DNA of 64,000 bases from Nocardioides sp. (GCF_050246775.1 NZ_JBFWVK010000001.1:854566-918565); one strand, 5' to 3'; positions 18,845 through 28,778 are shown, counted from the first letter of the stretch. A program made the numbers and translations. Notes: a model not told the origin generated them from the sequence alone.

Positions 18845-18950
18845 CCCGAGGGGAGTACCTCACAAGTTCCATTCCGGTCAGTACGGCATCTCCACAGGTG
18901 CCCCGGGTGGACGCCTGGTCGAAATGGTCAGTGCGAGGGAGACTTCAGAC
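18845..18950 (+). promoter_or_regulatory. yybP-ykoY (Mn2+-sensing) riboswitch
   Basis: GAGGGGAGTA (18848-18857), GGTCAGTAC (CGUCAAUAC-like, 18876-18884) and GAGGGAGAC (18935-18943) in the leader of a TerC/Alx gene; -10-like TAGACT at 18835-18840. Confidence 0.75.
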
Positions 18951-18970
18951 GCTGCAGTCTGAGGAGACCC

Positions 18971-19978
18971 ATGCTCACCCCACTGGCCACCACCAGCGCG
19001 ATCGACTCGATCGGCACGCCCACTCTGTGGGCCGTCACCATCGGCGCTGTCGTGGTGCTGCTCGCGATCGACTTCCTGGCCACCCGCAAGCCGCACGAGG
19101 TCTCCATGAAGGAGGCCGTCGCGTGGTCGGCCTTCTACATCGCGCTGCCACTCGCGTTCGGCGTCTACATCTGGACCCAGTTCGGCGGCGAGCGGGGCCT
19201 GGAGTACTACACCGGCTACCTGGTCGAGAAGTCGCTCAGCGTCGACAACCTGTTCGTGTTCATGCTGCTGCTGGGCGCCTTCGCGGTGCCCAAGGCCCTC
19301 CAGCAACGCGTGCTGCTCTACGGGATCATCGGCGCCCTGGTGCTGCGCGGCATCTTCATCGCCCTCGGCGCGGCCGCTCTCGCCCGCTTCGACTGGGTCT
19401 TCCTGGTCTTCGGTCTCGTCCTGCTGGTCACCGGCATCAAGGTCCTGCGCGACGCCATCTCCGGTGAGGACCACGAGATGGACATCTCCAAGCTCCGCGC
19501 CGTACGTCTGATCAAGCGGTTCATGCCCGTCACCGACGAGTACGACGGCCCGCGGATGACGGTGAAGCAGGCCGGTCGTCGGGCACTCACCCCGTTCGCC
19601 CTCGTCGTGGTGGCCGTCTTCGCCACCGACATCGTCTTCGCCATCGACTCCGTGCCGGCCGTCTACGGCATCACCGGCGACCCCTACCTCGTCTTCGCCA
19701 CCAACGCGTTCGCGCTGCTCGGCCTCCGGGCGCTCTACTTCGTGCTCGAGGCGGCCCTCAGCAAGCTGGTCCACCTCGGCTTCGGGCTGGCTGCGATCCT
19801 CGGCTTCATCGGGGTCAAGCTCGTGCTGCACTGGGCCCACCTGATCTGGCCGTCGGTCCCCGAGATCCCGACCCTGGCCTCACTCGCGGTCATCGTCGCG
19901 ATCCTGGTCACCGTCACCGTCACCAGCCTGGTGGCGACCCGAGGTCAGTCCGAGGACGAGCCGAGCACCTTGGCGTAG
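18971..19978 (+). CDS. alx: TerC/Alx family metal homeostasis membrane protein
   Basis: GYLVEKSLSVDNLFVF, QQRVLLYGI.GALVLRG, TDIVFAIDSVPA, FATNAFALLGLRALYF. Confidence 0.92.
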   Translation: MLTPLATTSAIDSIGTPTLWAVTIGAVVVLLAIDFLATRKPHEVSMKEAVAWSAFYIALPLAFGVYIWTQFGGERGLEYYTGYLVEKSLSVDNLFVFMLLLGAFAVPKALQQRVLLYGIIGALVLRGIFIALGAAALARFDWVFLVFGLVLLVTGIKVLRDAISGEDHEMDISKLRAVRLIKRFMPVTDEYDGPRMTVKQAGRRALTPFALVVVAVFATDIVFAIDSVPAVYGITGDPYLVFATNAFALLGLRALYFVLEAALSKLVHLGFGLAAILGFIGVKLVLHWAHLIWPSVPEIPTLASLAVIVAILVTVTVTSLVATRGQSEDEPSTLA

Positions 19979-20430
19979 CAGCGCGACAGCCCGTCGTTGC
20001 GGTAGTGGCCGAACCCCGGCACGGGCCGGTAGCCCGAGGACTCGTACAACGCGATGGCCTCGGGCTGCCGGATCCCGGTCTCCAGGATCAGGACGCGCGC
20101 GCCGTCCGCCGCCGCACTGAGCTCCAGGTGGCGCAGCATGCGCCGCGCGTGGCCGGCACCTCGGTGCCCGGCGGCGACGTACATCCGCTTGATCTCCGCG
20201 GTCGGCCCCGGTCCGGCGCCGTCGACGTCGGCGTGCCAGCGCCAGCCGCCGATCGAGACCGGCTCGAGGTCGAGGTAGCCGACGAGGAACCGCCCCCGTC
20301 CGGGCGTGAACTCCTCGTCGTCCAGCGGGGTGGCGTCGCGACTGCCGTAGCGCACGACGTACTCCTCCTGGACCTCCTCGACCAGCCTGGCCGCGTCGGG
20401 ATGGGTGATGGGGAGAGGTTCGATCCGCAC
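19945..20430 (-). CDS. GNAT family N-acetyltransferase
   Basis: AEIKRMYV...HRG.G.AR, LETG..QPEAIALYESSGY. Confidence 0.88.
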   Translation of the reverse strand: MRIEPLPITHPDAARLVEEVQEEYVVRYGSRDATPLDDEEFTPGRGRFLVGYLDLEPVSIGGWRWHADVDGAGPGPTAEIKRMYVAAGHRGAGHARRMLRHLELSAAADGARVLILETGIRQPEAIALYESSGYRPVPGFGHYRNDGLSRCYAKVLGSSSD

Positions 20431-20434
20431 CGGA

Positions 20435-20812
20435 TCAGGAGGTCGCGGGCGGGTCGTAGCGCGGCTGGTAGAGCATCATCGTGCCGGCCCCGGGCACCCG
20501 CAGCTGCACGGTGTCACCCCACTGCTCGTGGGCGACCTCGCCGACGAACTCGGCACCGCGTCCCGACAACTCCGCCATCGTTGCGCTCAGGTCGTCGCAG
20601 ATGAGCGAGACGTCGAACTGCTGGTCGGTGCCGCCGGAGGCACCTTCATGCTCCCAGGCAGCGGGGTGGACGCCGAGCTCGCTCGGCCCGGTCTTGAAGA
20701 TCAGCCACCCGCCACCGGTGTCGACGGCCGGCCACTGCACGACGTCACGGAAGAACGCGCGCGCCGCCTCGGGATCCTCTGCGTAGACCAGGGTGTGGAG
20801 TGCGGTGATCAT
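20435..20812 (-). CDS. VOC (glyoxalase/bleomycin resistance) family protein
   Basis: EDPEAARAFFRDVV.W, GGGWLIF, ELGVHP, WG....LRVPG. Confidence 0.8.
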   Translation of the reverse strand: MITALHTLVYAEDPEAARAFFRDVVQWPAVDTGGGWLIFKTGPSELGVHPAAWEHEGASGGTDQQFDVSLICDDLSATMAELSGRGAEFVGEVAHEQWGDTVQLRVPGAGTMMLYQPRYDPPATS

Positions 20813-20923
20813 GCGCCGACCCTAGCGTCGTTGGCGATCACGGCCCTGGACTCCCCGACGGTGAGTTCCGGGGCGAGTGACAGAATGGGCGGTGCTGACA
20901 GCGTCGTCAGTCGGACCACGTGA

Positions 20924-22060
<1,137 letters not shown>

Positions 22061-22069
22061 GACGTCACC

Positions 22070-22193
22070 GGCGGCCGAGCTGCCTTATCGGTGGTCGAGC
22101 TGCCCTACCGGTGCTCGAGCTGCCTCACCGGTGGTCGAGCTGCCTCACCGGTGGTCGAGCTGCCCTATCGGTGGTCGAGCTTGTCGAGACCAC
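22070..22193. repeat. Tandem array of REP family B units (period 20 bp, 6 units)
   Basis: GGTGGTCGAGCTGC + 6 variable nt repeated at 22070, 22090, 22110, 22130, 22150, ending in the full palindrome GTGGTCGAGCTTGTCGAGACCAC (22171-22193); lies at the convergent serC/macrodomain junction. Confidence 0.85.
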
Positions 22194-22674
22194 GCCTGAT
22201 CTCCTCGTACGCCGCCTGCCCGAACGCGACCAGCCTGGCCTCCTGCACCTGCGTGGGCGTGGAGCGCAGGGTCTCGACGGCAGCCGCGATGGCATCTGCC
22301 TTCGGCCACCCGTAGATGCCGGCCGAGACGAGCGGGAAGGCCACGGAGCGGGCGCCGAGCTCGTCGGCGACACGGAGCGCGCCCGCGTAGCACGAGGTGA
22401 GCAGTGAGCGGTCGGTCTCGCCGGCCCGGAAGTTGGGGCCGACGACATGGATGACCCAGGTGGCCTTCATCGCGCCCGCGGTCGTCCAGCCGGCTGCTCC
22501 CGTCGGGAGGCCGTGGGGGAAGCGGGCCACGCAGTCGGCGAGGACCTGGGGGCCCCCGGCGCGGTGGATCGCGCCGTCGACTCCCCCACCACCGCGCATC
22601 GCACGGTTGGCGGCGTTGACGACGGCGTCGACGTCCTGGACGGTGATGTCGCCCTCGACCACGGTGATCAGCAC
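22165..22674 (-). CDS. Macrodomain O-acetyl-ADP-ribose deacetylase (YmdB-like)
   Basis: VEGDIT.QDVDAVVNAAN, GGGGVDGAIHRAGG, VIHVVGP, SVAFPLVSAGIYGWP; start GTG 22674 with GGCGGTG SD; last residues GLDKLDHR come from the REP. Confidence 0.9.
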   Translation of the reverse strand: MLITVVEGDITVQDVDAVVNAANRAMRGGGGVDGAIHRAGGPQVLADCVARFPHGLPTGAAGWTTAGAMKATWVIHVVGPNFRAGETDRSLLTSCYAGALRVADELGARSVAFPLVSAGIYGWPKADAIAAAVETLRSTPTQVQEARLVAFGQAAYEEIRRGLDKLDHR

Positions 22675-22681
22675 CTCGACA

Positions 22682-23647
22682 TCACCGCCCGGGACGGCGG
22701 CGGCGCACCAGGACCCAGCCACCGACCCCCACCACGACCAGGACGGCGCCGCCGGCGGTCCAGAGCCCACCGGGCAGCCAGGACGTGTCATCGAGGGCCT
22801 TGTCGCGGGCTCTGGTCACGGTCCCCTTGACGCCGCCGGGCGCAGGCTCGTTCGCAAGCGCGACCCGCACCCGCGACGGCAGTGTCACCGAGAGGATGGG
22901 TTCGTTCGCACCTTCCGAGGAGACGAACACCTTTCCTGCCGGTGACACCGCGATGCCCTCGCCCTGAGGCTCCCGGGGCAGCGCGAACGAGCCCACCGAC
23001 TTCAGGGAGGGAAAGGCGTAGACGGTGGCCCGCAGGTAGCCGCGCAGGATCAGGTGCCTGCCGTCGGGGAAGAACGCGCCGTCGGTCACGACGGAACCGA
23101 CGTCACCGATGTCGGTCAGCTCATTGACCCGGTTGCGGCGCAGCTCGACCGGGGCGGCGTAGAGGGTCCCGCCGAAGATCTCCTTGCTGGCGAGGTAGAC
23201 CCGGCCGGTGACCGGGTTGACCAGCAGCGCCTCGGCATCGACCGGACCCCGCGGATAGCTCAACCGGTAGCGGCGCGGCTGTTCGAAGCGCCCCACCGAA
23301 GTGACGCTGACGCGCCCGCGCACGGCGTCGTTGTCGCCGATGTCGCCGACCCACAGCTCCGAGGACGAGACACCCGGGGCAAGGGCCTCGACATCGCGCG
23401 GGCTCGCTGAGAAGTCGATCGTGCGGACCGTTCGTCCTGTGTCCCCGTCGATGACGTAGACGACCCCCTCACCGCCGGAGTCGTTGATGGTGAAGAAGGT
23501 CCCGTCCCGGGCGACCAGGCCGCTGGACTCGGTGATGGCGGGGTCCTTGATCCGGACCACCTCGGGGCCGCTGCGGGCGGCCGTCGCGATCGGGGCCGGC
23601 ACACAGAGCGACGCCGCCAGCGCCACCCCGACGAACAGCCACCTCAC
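22682..23647 (-). CDS. Secreted, C-terminally anchored beta-propeller-like hypothetical protein
   Basis: Signal peptide, ITESSGL / TINDSGG / DVEAL / WVGDIGDN / DAEAL repeats, C-terminal hydrophobic helix plus RRRR tail; GTGA overlap with the upstream gene. Confidence 0.6.
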   Translation of the reverse strand: MRWLFVGVALAASLCVPAPIATAARSGPEVVRIKDPAITESSGLVARDGTFFTINDSGGEGVVYVIDGDTGRTVRTIDFSASPRDVEALAPGVSSSELWVGDIGDNDAVRGRVSVTSVGRFEQPRRYRLSYPRGPVDAEALLVNPVTGRVYLASKEIFGGTLYAAPVELRRNRVNELTDIGDVGSVVTDGAFFPDGRHLILRGYLRATVYAFPSLKSVGSFALPREPQGEGIAVSPAGKVFVSSEGANEPILSVTLPSRVRVALANEPAPGGVKGTVTRARDKALDDTSWLPGGLWTAGGAVLVVVGVGGWVLVRRRRPGR

Positions 23648-24870
23648 GAAACGGGTCCCGGCTCGGCCAGCCCGGTCAGCACCGCCAGCCTGGGGGTGAT
23701 CGACCACGTGGTCACGAGCTCGTCGTACTCCTTGCGGACGCTGCCGCCCTTGACTGGCGACCCGGTCCGCACGGCCCTCAGCAGGGTGTTGCGTGGCGTG
23801 TGCTCCGACCCGACGAACTCCACGACGTCGACGCGATAGCCCTGCAACCGCAGGATGGAGGCCCGCAGGCCATCGGTGACGGTGTCGGCGAAGCGCTCGC
23901 GGAGGATGCCGTGCCGGGTGAGCAGGGAGTACGGCGTCGGCGTGGGGCTGCGCCGCAGCTGTGCTGCGATGTCGTGGTGGCAGCAGGGTGCGGCCAGGAC
24001 CAGCGCGGATCCCCATGCGATCGCCCGCGCCAGGGCGTCGTCGGTCGCGGTGTCGCACGCGTGCAGAGCCAGGACGACCTCCGGGGGGCGCGCCAGGGTG
24101 GCGCCGGCGATGGTGCCCACGACGAACTCTGCTTCGATGCCCAGCCCCTCGGCGACCGCCGAGTTGTGCGAGCGGGACTGTTCCTTGACGTCGACTCCGG
24201 TGAGAGCGACCGGCAACCCCCGCACGTGGGACAGGTAGCGCTGCGCTGCGAAGGTCAGATAGGCGTTGCCACAGCCCAGGTCGACGATCCGCAGGGGATC
24301 CGCCGCGGTGGGCTTGCGCAGGTGGCCGGTCGCCAGTGCGTCGGTGAGGGTGGCATCGAGCAGCCGCAGGAACTCCTCGACCTGGCGGTACTTCGCCTGC
24401 CGGGTCGGCTTGATCCTCCCGTCGGCCGAGGAGATGCCGAGCGCGACCAGCACCGGGTCGTCCTCGGCGAGCAGGCGGCTCTTGGCCTGGTCGTGACCAC
24501 GATCCGCGGCCACCTCGGCGTCCCGGTCGGTGGTGTGGACGAGGGCCTCGAGCTTCTTGGTGACCCGCACCTGGTGCTGCTGGGTCGTCGTCTCCACGTT
24601 CCAGTTGGCGAAGGGTTGGTCCAGGAGGTCGTCGACCGCGTCGCGGGCCGGCGCACCGACCGCGAAGTTCGCGGTGTGGGCCTGGGTGGCGTCGTACGTC
24701 GTCACCTGGAGATGCCGGCCGGCCTTGAGGTCGACGTAGCGGAACTCGGCCCGCTTCCAGGGCGTCTCCTGGCCGCGCTGGCGCCCCGAGGCGACCGCTC
24801 GGACCAGGACGGTGTCATCGAGGATCAACGCCCGCATCCGGGCCAGCGCCCGCAGCAGTGGCTCACTCAT
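23644..24870 (-). CDS. Class I SAM-dependent methyltransferase with extra N-terminal domain
   Basis: KYRQVEEFL, IVDLGCGNAYLTF, ALHACDTATD.AL..A, APCCHH, TPRN.LLRA. Confidence 0.85.
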   Translation of the reverse strand: MSEPLLRALARMRALILDDTVLVRAVASGRQRGQETPWKRAEFRYVDLKAGRHLQVTTYDATQAHTANFAVGAPARDAVDDLLDQPFANWNVETTTQQHQVRVTKKLEALVHTTDRDAEVAADRGHDQAKSRLLAEDDPVLVALGISSADGRIKPTRQAKYRQVEEFLRLLDATLTDALATGHLRKPTAADPLRIVDLGCGNAYLTFAAQRYLSHVRGLPVALTGVDVKEQSRSHNSAVAEGLGIEAEFVVGTIAGATLARPPEVVLALHACDTATDDALARAIAWGSALVLAAPCCHHDIAAQLRRSPTPTPYSLLTRHGILRERFADTVTDGLRASILRLQGYRVDVVEFVGSEHTPRNTLLRAVRTGSPVKGGSVRKEYDELVTTWSITPRLAVLTGLAEPGPVS

Positions 24871-24953
24871 TTGAGCACCGCCGCGATCACGACGATCACG
24901 AAGAGCCCCACGAGAGCCACCGGGATGATCAGGCGACGATGGCGGGGGTTCAT
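24867..24953 (-). CDS. Small single-pass membrane protein, 28 aa (MNPRHRRLIIPVALVGLFVIVVIAAVLK)
   Basis: ATGA overlap with both the upstream oxidase stop and the downstream methyltransferase start; basic N-terminus plus hydrophobic helix; -10 TAAAGT 6 nt upstream. Confidence 0.7.
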   Translation of the reverse strand: MNPRHRRLIIPVALVGLFVIVVIAAVLK

Positions 24954-27817
24954 GCCTCGACTTTATCGGCGAACAGCTCGGCCAGATGCATCGCGCGCAC
25001 CCCGGCGAGGTCATCGAGTTGGATCCGGCACGACATGCCGTCGGCCAGCACGACCGCGTCCGGGTGGGCACGTACGGCGGGCAGCAGGCTGGTCTCGGCC
25101 ACCGCCACCGACACCTCGTAGTGGCCCTTCTCGACGCCGAAGTTGCCGGCCAGGCCGCAGCAACCGCCGACGCGGGTGAGCGTGGCGCCGGCGCGGCGCA
25201 GGAGGGCCGCGTCGGCCTCCCATCCCAGGATGCTGGCCTGGTGGCAGTGCGGCTGGGCGACGACCTCGACCCCGGTCAGGTCCGGCGGGGTCCAGTCGAT
25301 GGCGGTGAGGTACTCGGCCAGGGTCTGCATCCCGGCTGCCACCTCGACGGCGCGCGGGTCGTCGGTGAGCTCGACGGCATCGGACCGGATCGCAGCCAGG
25401 CAGCTGGGCTCGAGCCCGATCACCGGCACCCCGCTGGTCACGTAGGGGTGCAGCGTGGCGACCGTCCTCGCCACGATCCGCTGGGCTTGGGTGAGCTGGC
25501 CGGTGGTGATCCAGGTCAGCCCGCAGCAGGCGTCCTCGTCGATCACGCGAGCCGTGAGTCCGGCGTGCGCCAGCAGGCGGATGGCCGCCCGCCCACTCTC
25601 GGGCAGGAACGCGTCGGTGAAGGAGTCCGCCCAGATCCACACGTCCGGGGCAGACGCTCGGTCGAGCCCCTCTCGGTGGTCGAGCCCCTCTCGGTGGTCG
25701 AGCCGCTCTCGGTGGTCGAGCCGCTCTCGGTGGTCGAGCCGCTCTCGGTGGTCGAGCCTGTCGAGACCACGCAGCGACGTCTCCGCGAACGATGGCAGCG
25801 AGCGACGCTGGTCGATGCCCGCGCTCGCCTTCGCCAGGGCTGCCAGCGGCTTGAACTTGAGTGCCCGGTTGAGGGGGCGCGCGATCGGGCCGGCCAGCTT
25901 CGCCCAGGTGGGCAGGCGCCCCAGCGTGTAGTGGGTGAGGGGCCGGAGTCGTCCGGCGTACTTCTGATGCAGGGCCTCGGACTTGTAGGTCGCCATGTCG
26001 ATGCCCGTCGGGCAGTCGCGCGCACAGCCCTTGCAGGACAGGCACAGGTCGAGCGCCTCGCCGACGGCCGGATCCGCGAGGCCTGCGACGAGCGTCCCGT
26101 CCAGTGCCTCCTGCAGCACGCGGGCGCGGCCACGGGTGGAGTCCTTCTCGTCCCGGGTGGCCAGGTACGACGGGCACATGACCCCGCCCGAGGCGGTCGT
26201 GTCGGCACGGCACTTGCCGACTCCCGTGCACCGATGCACGGCGGCCCCGAGCGAACCGGCGTCGTGGGTCAGCCGCAGCAGCGGGCGTGGGCCGTGCACC
26301 GGGCGGGCGGGCCTGAGGTCGGCGTCGAGGGGCGCCGGGTCGACCAGCACTCCGGGATTGAGGAGGTTGTCGGGGTCGCAGATCGCCTTGGCGGCACCGA
26401 AGAGCCCGATCGACTGCTCGTCGTACATGAAGGGCAGTAGTTCCGAGCGCGCCCGGCCGTCCCCGTGCTCCCCTGACAGTGACCCTCCGTAGCTGGCGAG
26501 CAGGCGGGCGGAGTCGAGCAGGAAGGCCCGGAACGCCCTGCCCTGGTCGGCGAACTCGAAGTCGATCCGCACGTGCACGCAGCCGTCACCGAAGTGACCG
26601 TAAGGCACACCGTCGAGTCGGTGCTCCCGCATGAGTGCTTCGAACTCGCGCAGGTAGTCCCCCAGCCGGGCCGGCGGCACCGCGGCATCCTCCCAGCCGG
26701 AGTACGCCGGGCGGCTCAGCGAGCGGGCAGCCAGCCCGGCGCCGTCCTCCCGGATGCGCCACAGAGCCGCCATCTCCCCCGGGTCGGCCACCACCCGGCC
26801 GGCCAGGGCCCCGGCATCGGTCATCACGGCAGCGGCCAGGAACTCAGCCTCGGCCCGGCTGGCGGCGGTGACCTCCGCGAACAGCCACCCCTCGCCCTTG
26901 GGCAGCTCGGGCACGACGCCGCCGTGGGCGCGCACCACGTCGACGATCCGGGAGTCCAGGCCCTCGCAGGCGACCAAGGGGTGGCGCAGCAAGGCGGGCA
27001 CGTCATCGGCTGCGTCCGCCATCGAGGCGTAGCCCAGGACGGCCAGAGCGCGCGCCGGGGCGTCCTCGACGAGCCGCATGGTCGCCTCCAGGACCAGCGC
27101 GAGGGTGCCTTCGGAGCCGACCAGGAACCGGTCGAACCGGCGGCCGTTCTCCGGCAGCAGCTGTTCGAGCGCATAGCCGCTGACCTGGCGGCCGAACTGG
27201 CCGAACGAGGTGCGGATGTGGGCCAGCTCGGTGTCCACCAGGGCCCCCAGGGCAACTGGCCCCACCCCGACGGTGCTCGAGCCTGTCGAGACCACCTCTC
27301 CGGTCCCGAGCACGGAGGTCATCGCGATCACGTTGTCAGAGGTCCGGCCGTAGCCCAGCGCCCGCGACCCGCAGGCGTTGTTGCCGATCATGCCGCCGAT
27401 CGTGCAGCGGGTGTGCGTGGACGGGTCGGGGCCGAACCGCAGCCCGTGAACCGCAGCAGCCTTCTGCAGGACGGCGTGGACGACTCCGGGTTCGACCACG
27501 GCCGCGCGGGCCTCAGGATCCACCGAGAGCACCCGGTTCAGATACCTCGAGGTGTCCACGACCAGGCCCGGGCCGACCGCGTTGCCGGCGATCGAGGTGC
27601 CGGCGCCGCGCATGGTCAGCGGCACACCCAGGTCGCGGGCCACCGCCAAGGTGGCCAGGATCTCGTCAGTGGCCCGGGGACGGACGACCGCACGCGGCAC
27701 GACGCGATAGATCGAGGCATCCGAGGAGTACGCCGCCCGGGTCACCGTCGAGTCGTCGACGTCACTCACGCCCGCACGTCGCAGGGCGTCGACCAGCTGC
27801 GCAGTGGGGGTGGTCAC
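24950..27817 (-). CDS. FAD-binding (GlcD-like) plus 4Fe-4S/CCG (GlpC-like) fused oxidoreductase, D-2-hydroxyacid dehydrogenase-like
   Basis: RGAGTSIAGN, GPDPST...CTIGGM.GNNACG, GSEGTL, YGHFGDGC.H, SGEHGDG, CTGVGKCR, CLSCKGC..DCP, CCG motifs. Confidence 0.9.
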   Translation of the reverse strand: MTTPTAQLVDALRRAGVSDVDDSTVTRAAYSSDASIYRVVPRAVVRPRATDEILATLAVARDLGVPLTMRGAGTSIAGNAVGPGLVVDTSRYLNRVLSVDPEARAAVVEPGVVHAVLQKAAAVHGLRFGPDPSTHTRCTIGGMIGNNACGSRALGYGRTSDNVIAMTSVLGTGEVVSTGSSTVGVGPVALGALVDTELAHIRTSFGQFGRQVSGYALEQLLPENGRRFDRFLVGSEGTLALVLEATMRLVEDAPARALAVLGYASMADAADDVPALLRHPLVACEGLDSRIVDVVRAHGGVVPELPKGEGWLFAEVTAASRAEAEFLAAAVMTDAGALAGRVVADPGEMAALWRIREDGAGLAARSLSRPAYSGWEDAAVPPARLGDYLREFEALMREHRLDGVPYGHFGDGCVHVRIDFEFADQGRAFRAFLLDSARLLASYGGSLSGEHGDGRARSELLPFMYDEQSIGLFGAAKAICDPDNLLNPGVLVDPAPLDADLRPARPVHGPRPLLRLTHDAGSLGAAVHRCTGVGKCRADTTASGGVMCPSYLATRDEKDSTRGRARVLQEALDGTLVAGLADPAVGEALDLCLSCKGCARDCPTGIDMATYKSEALHQKYAGRLRPLTHYTLGRLPTWAKLAGPIARPLNRALKFKPLAALAKASAGIDQRRSLPSFAETSLRGLDRLDHRERLDHRERLDHRERLDHREGLDHREGLDRASAPDVWIWADSFTDAFLPESGRAAIRLLAHAGLTARVIDEDACCGLTWITTGQLTQAQRIVARTVATLHPYVTSGVPVIGLEPSCLAAIRSDAVELTDDPRAVEVAAGMQTLAEYLTAIDWTPPDLTGVEVVAQPHCHQASILGWEADAALLRRAGATLTRVGGCCGLAGNFGVEKGHYEVSVAVAETSLLPAVRAHPDAVVLADGMSCRIQLDDLAGVRAMHLAELFADKVEA
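25659..25770. repeat. In-frame tandem array of REP family B units (period 18 bp) inside the oxidoreductase
   Basis: CGGTGGTCGAGCC(C/G)CTCT x4 plus a partial unit plus the full palindrome GTGGTCGAGCCTGTCGAGACCAC (25748-25770); translates as GLDR-(LDHRE[R/G])x5-LDR. Confidence 0.9.
27273..27295. repeat. Single REP family B palindrome inside the oxidoreductase
   Basis: GTGCTCGAGCCTGTCGAGACCAC, 1 mismatch to the copy at 25748; read as VVSTGSST in the protein. Confidence 0.75.
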
Positions 27818-27827
27818 GGGGCCAAAT

Positions 27828-28703
27828 CTACTGGCCGCTCACAGCGTGCCGGACCACGTCCAGCACTGGGACCGCCCCGGACTCGATGTCGGCTACGGAG
27901 ATCCAGGCCGCCGCGTCGGTGGTGCCGCCCTGCTCGATCACCTCGGGAACGGCCGTCGGGTCGACGCTGGCGGCGTAGATCAGGTGGACCCCGTGGTAGT
28001 CCTCGAACCGGCCGCTCGGCGCCGTACCGCTGAAGTGGTGGTCGTGCACCGCGACGACCCCGCCTACCACACAGTCCAGGCCGCACTCCTCCTTGACCTC
28101 ACGGGCCACGGCGTCCGCGGGGGCCTCACCGTGGGCGATGCCGCCGCCGGGCAGCGTCCACTGTCCCGCGTGGGCGCCCAGGGCGGAGATCCGGGTCAGG
28201 AGCACGTCGCCCGGCCTACGGATCAGCGCGTAGGCCGCGACCCGCTGCAGCTTGAACGTCTGGTGGTCGGCCAGTGCCTCCACCACCATCGGCACCACCG
28301 GGCGGGCACCGGACAGCACGTCGGCGATCGGGATCCAGGCGGCCTCCACGGTGGACCCGTCCACCTCCACGACCCGGGGCTGCGGGGCGTCGGGTCGCAC
28401 CCAGCCCTCGTAGACGATGCGCAGCGCATGGGCGTCCACCTGGACGCCGTCGCGCCAGGCACCGGGCATGTGGGCGGAGTAGAGCCGTGCGGTCTCGCTC
28501 ACCGTGGCGTCCAGGCCGGTCTCCTCGTGGATCTCCCGGACGACAGCGTCGTGGGGATCCTCACCATGGTCGAGTCCGCCCCCAGGCAGGGTCCACAGTT
28601 CTTCGCGCGAAACACGTGGAGCGAGCCGACTGAGGAGGATCTCGTCCTCGCGCAGGATGACGGCGTACGCCGCCACGCGCTGTCGTCGGGGAAGCCTGGC
28701 CAT
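27828..28703 (-). CDS. Tandem two-domain NUDIX hydrolase
   Basis: Two homologous halves: RVAAYAVI...WTLPGGGLDHGE...REIHEETG and RVAAYALI...WTLPGGGIAHGE...REVKEECG. Confidence 0.88.
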   Translation of the reverse strand: MARLPRRQRVAAYAVILREDEILLSRLAPRVSREELWTLPGGGLDHGEDPHDAVVREIHEETGLDATVSETARLYSAHMPGAWRDGVQVDAHALRIVYEGWVRPDAPQPRVVEVDGSTVEAAWIPIADVLSGARPVVPMVVEALADHQTFKLQRVAAYALIRRPGDVLLTRISALGAHAGQWTLPGGGIAHGEAPADAVAREVKEECGLDCVVGGVVAVHDHHFSGTAPSGRFEDYHGVHLIYAASVDPTAVPEVIEQGGTTDAAAWISVADIESGAVPVLDVVRHAVSGQ

Positions 28704-28778
28704 GTCTCAGAGCCTAGGGCCAGCGTCGGGTTGTCCGACGATTGGCCCGCGGCGCCGGGGCGTAGTTAGCGTGGATCG

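Noticed and set aside
22070-22193. CRISPR array (conserved unit plus variable part)
   Set aside because: Variable parts are only 6 nt and nearly identical, the period is 20 bp, and there are no cas genes; this is a REP-derived tandem repeat
22682-22800. LPXTG sortase signal in the beta-propeller protein
   Set aside because: Only WLPGG precedes the TM helix; not a convincing LPXTG motif
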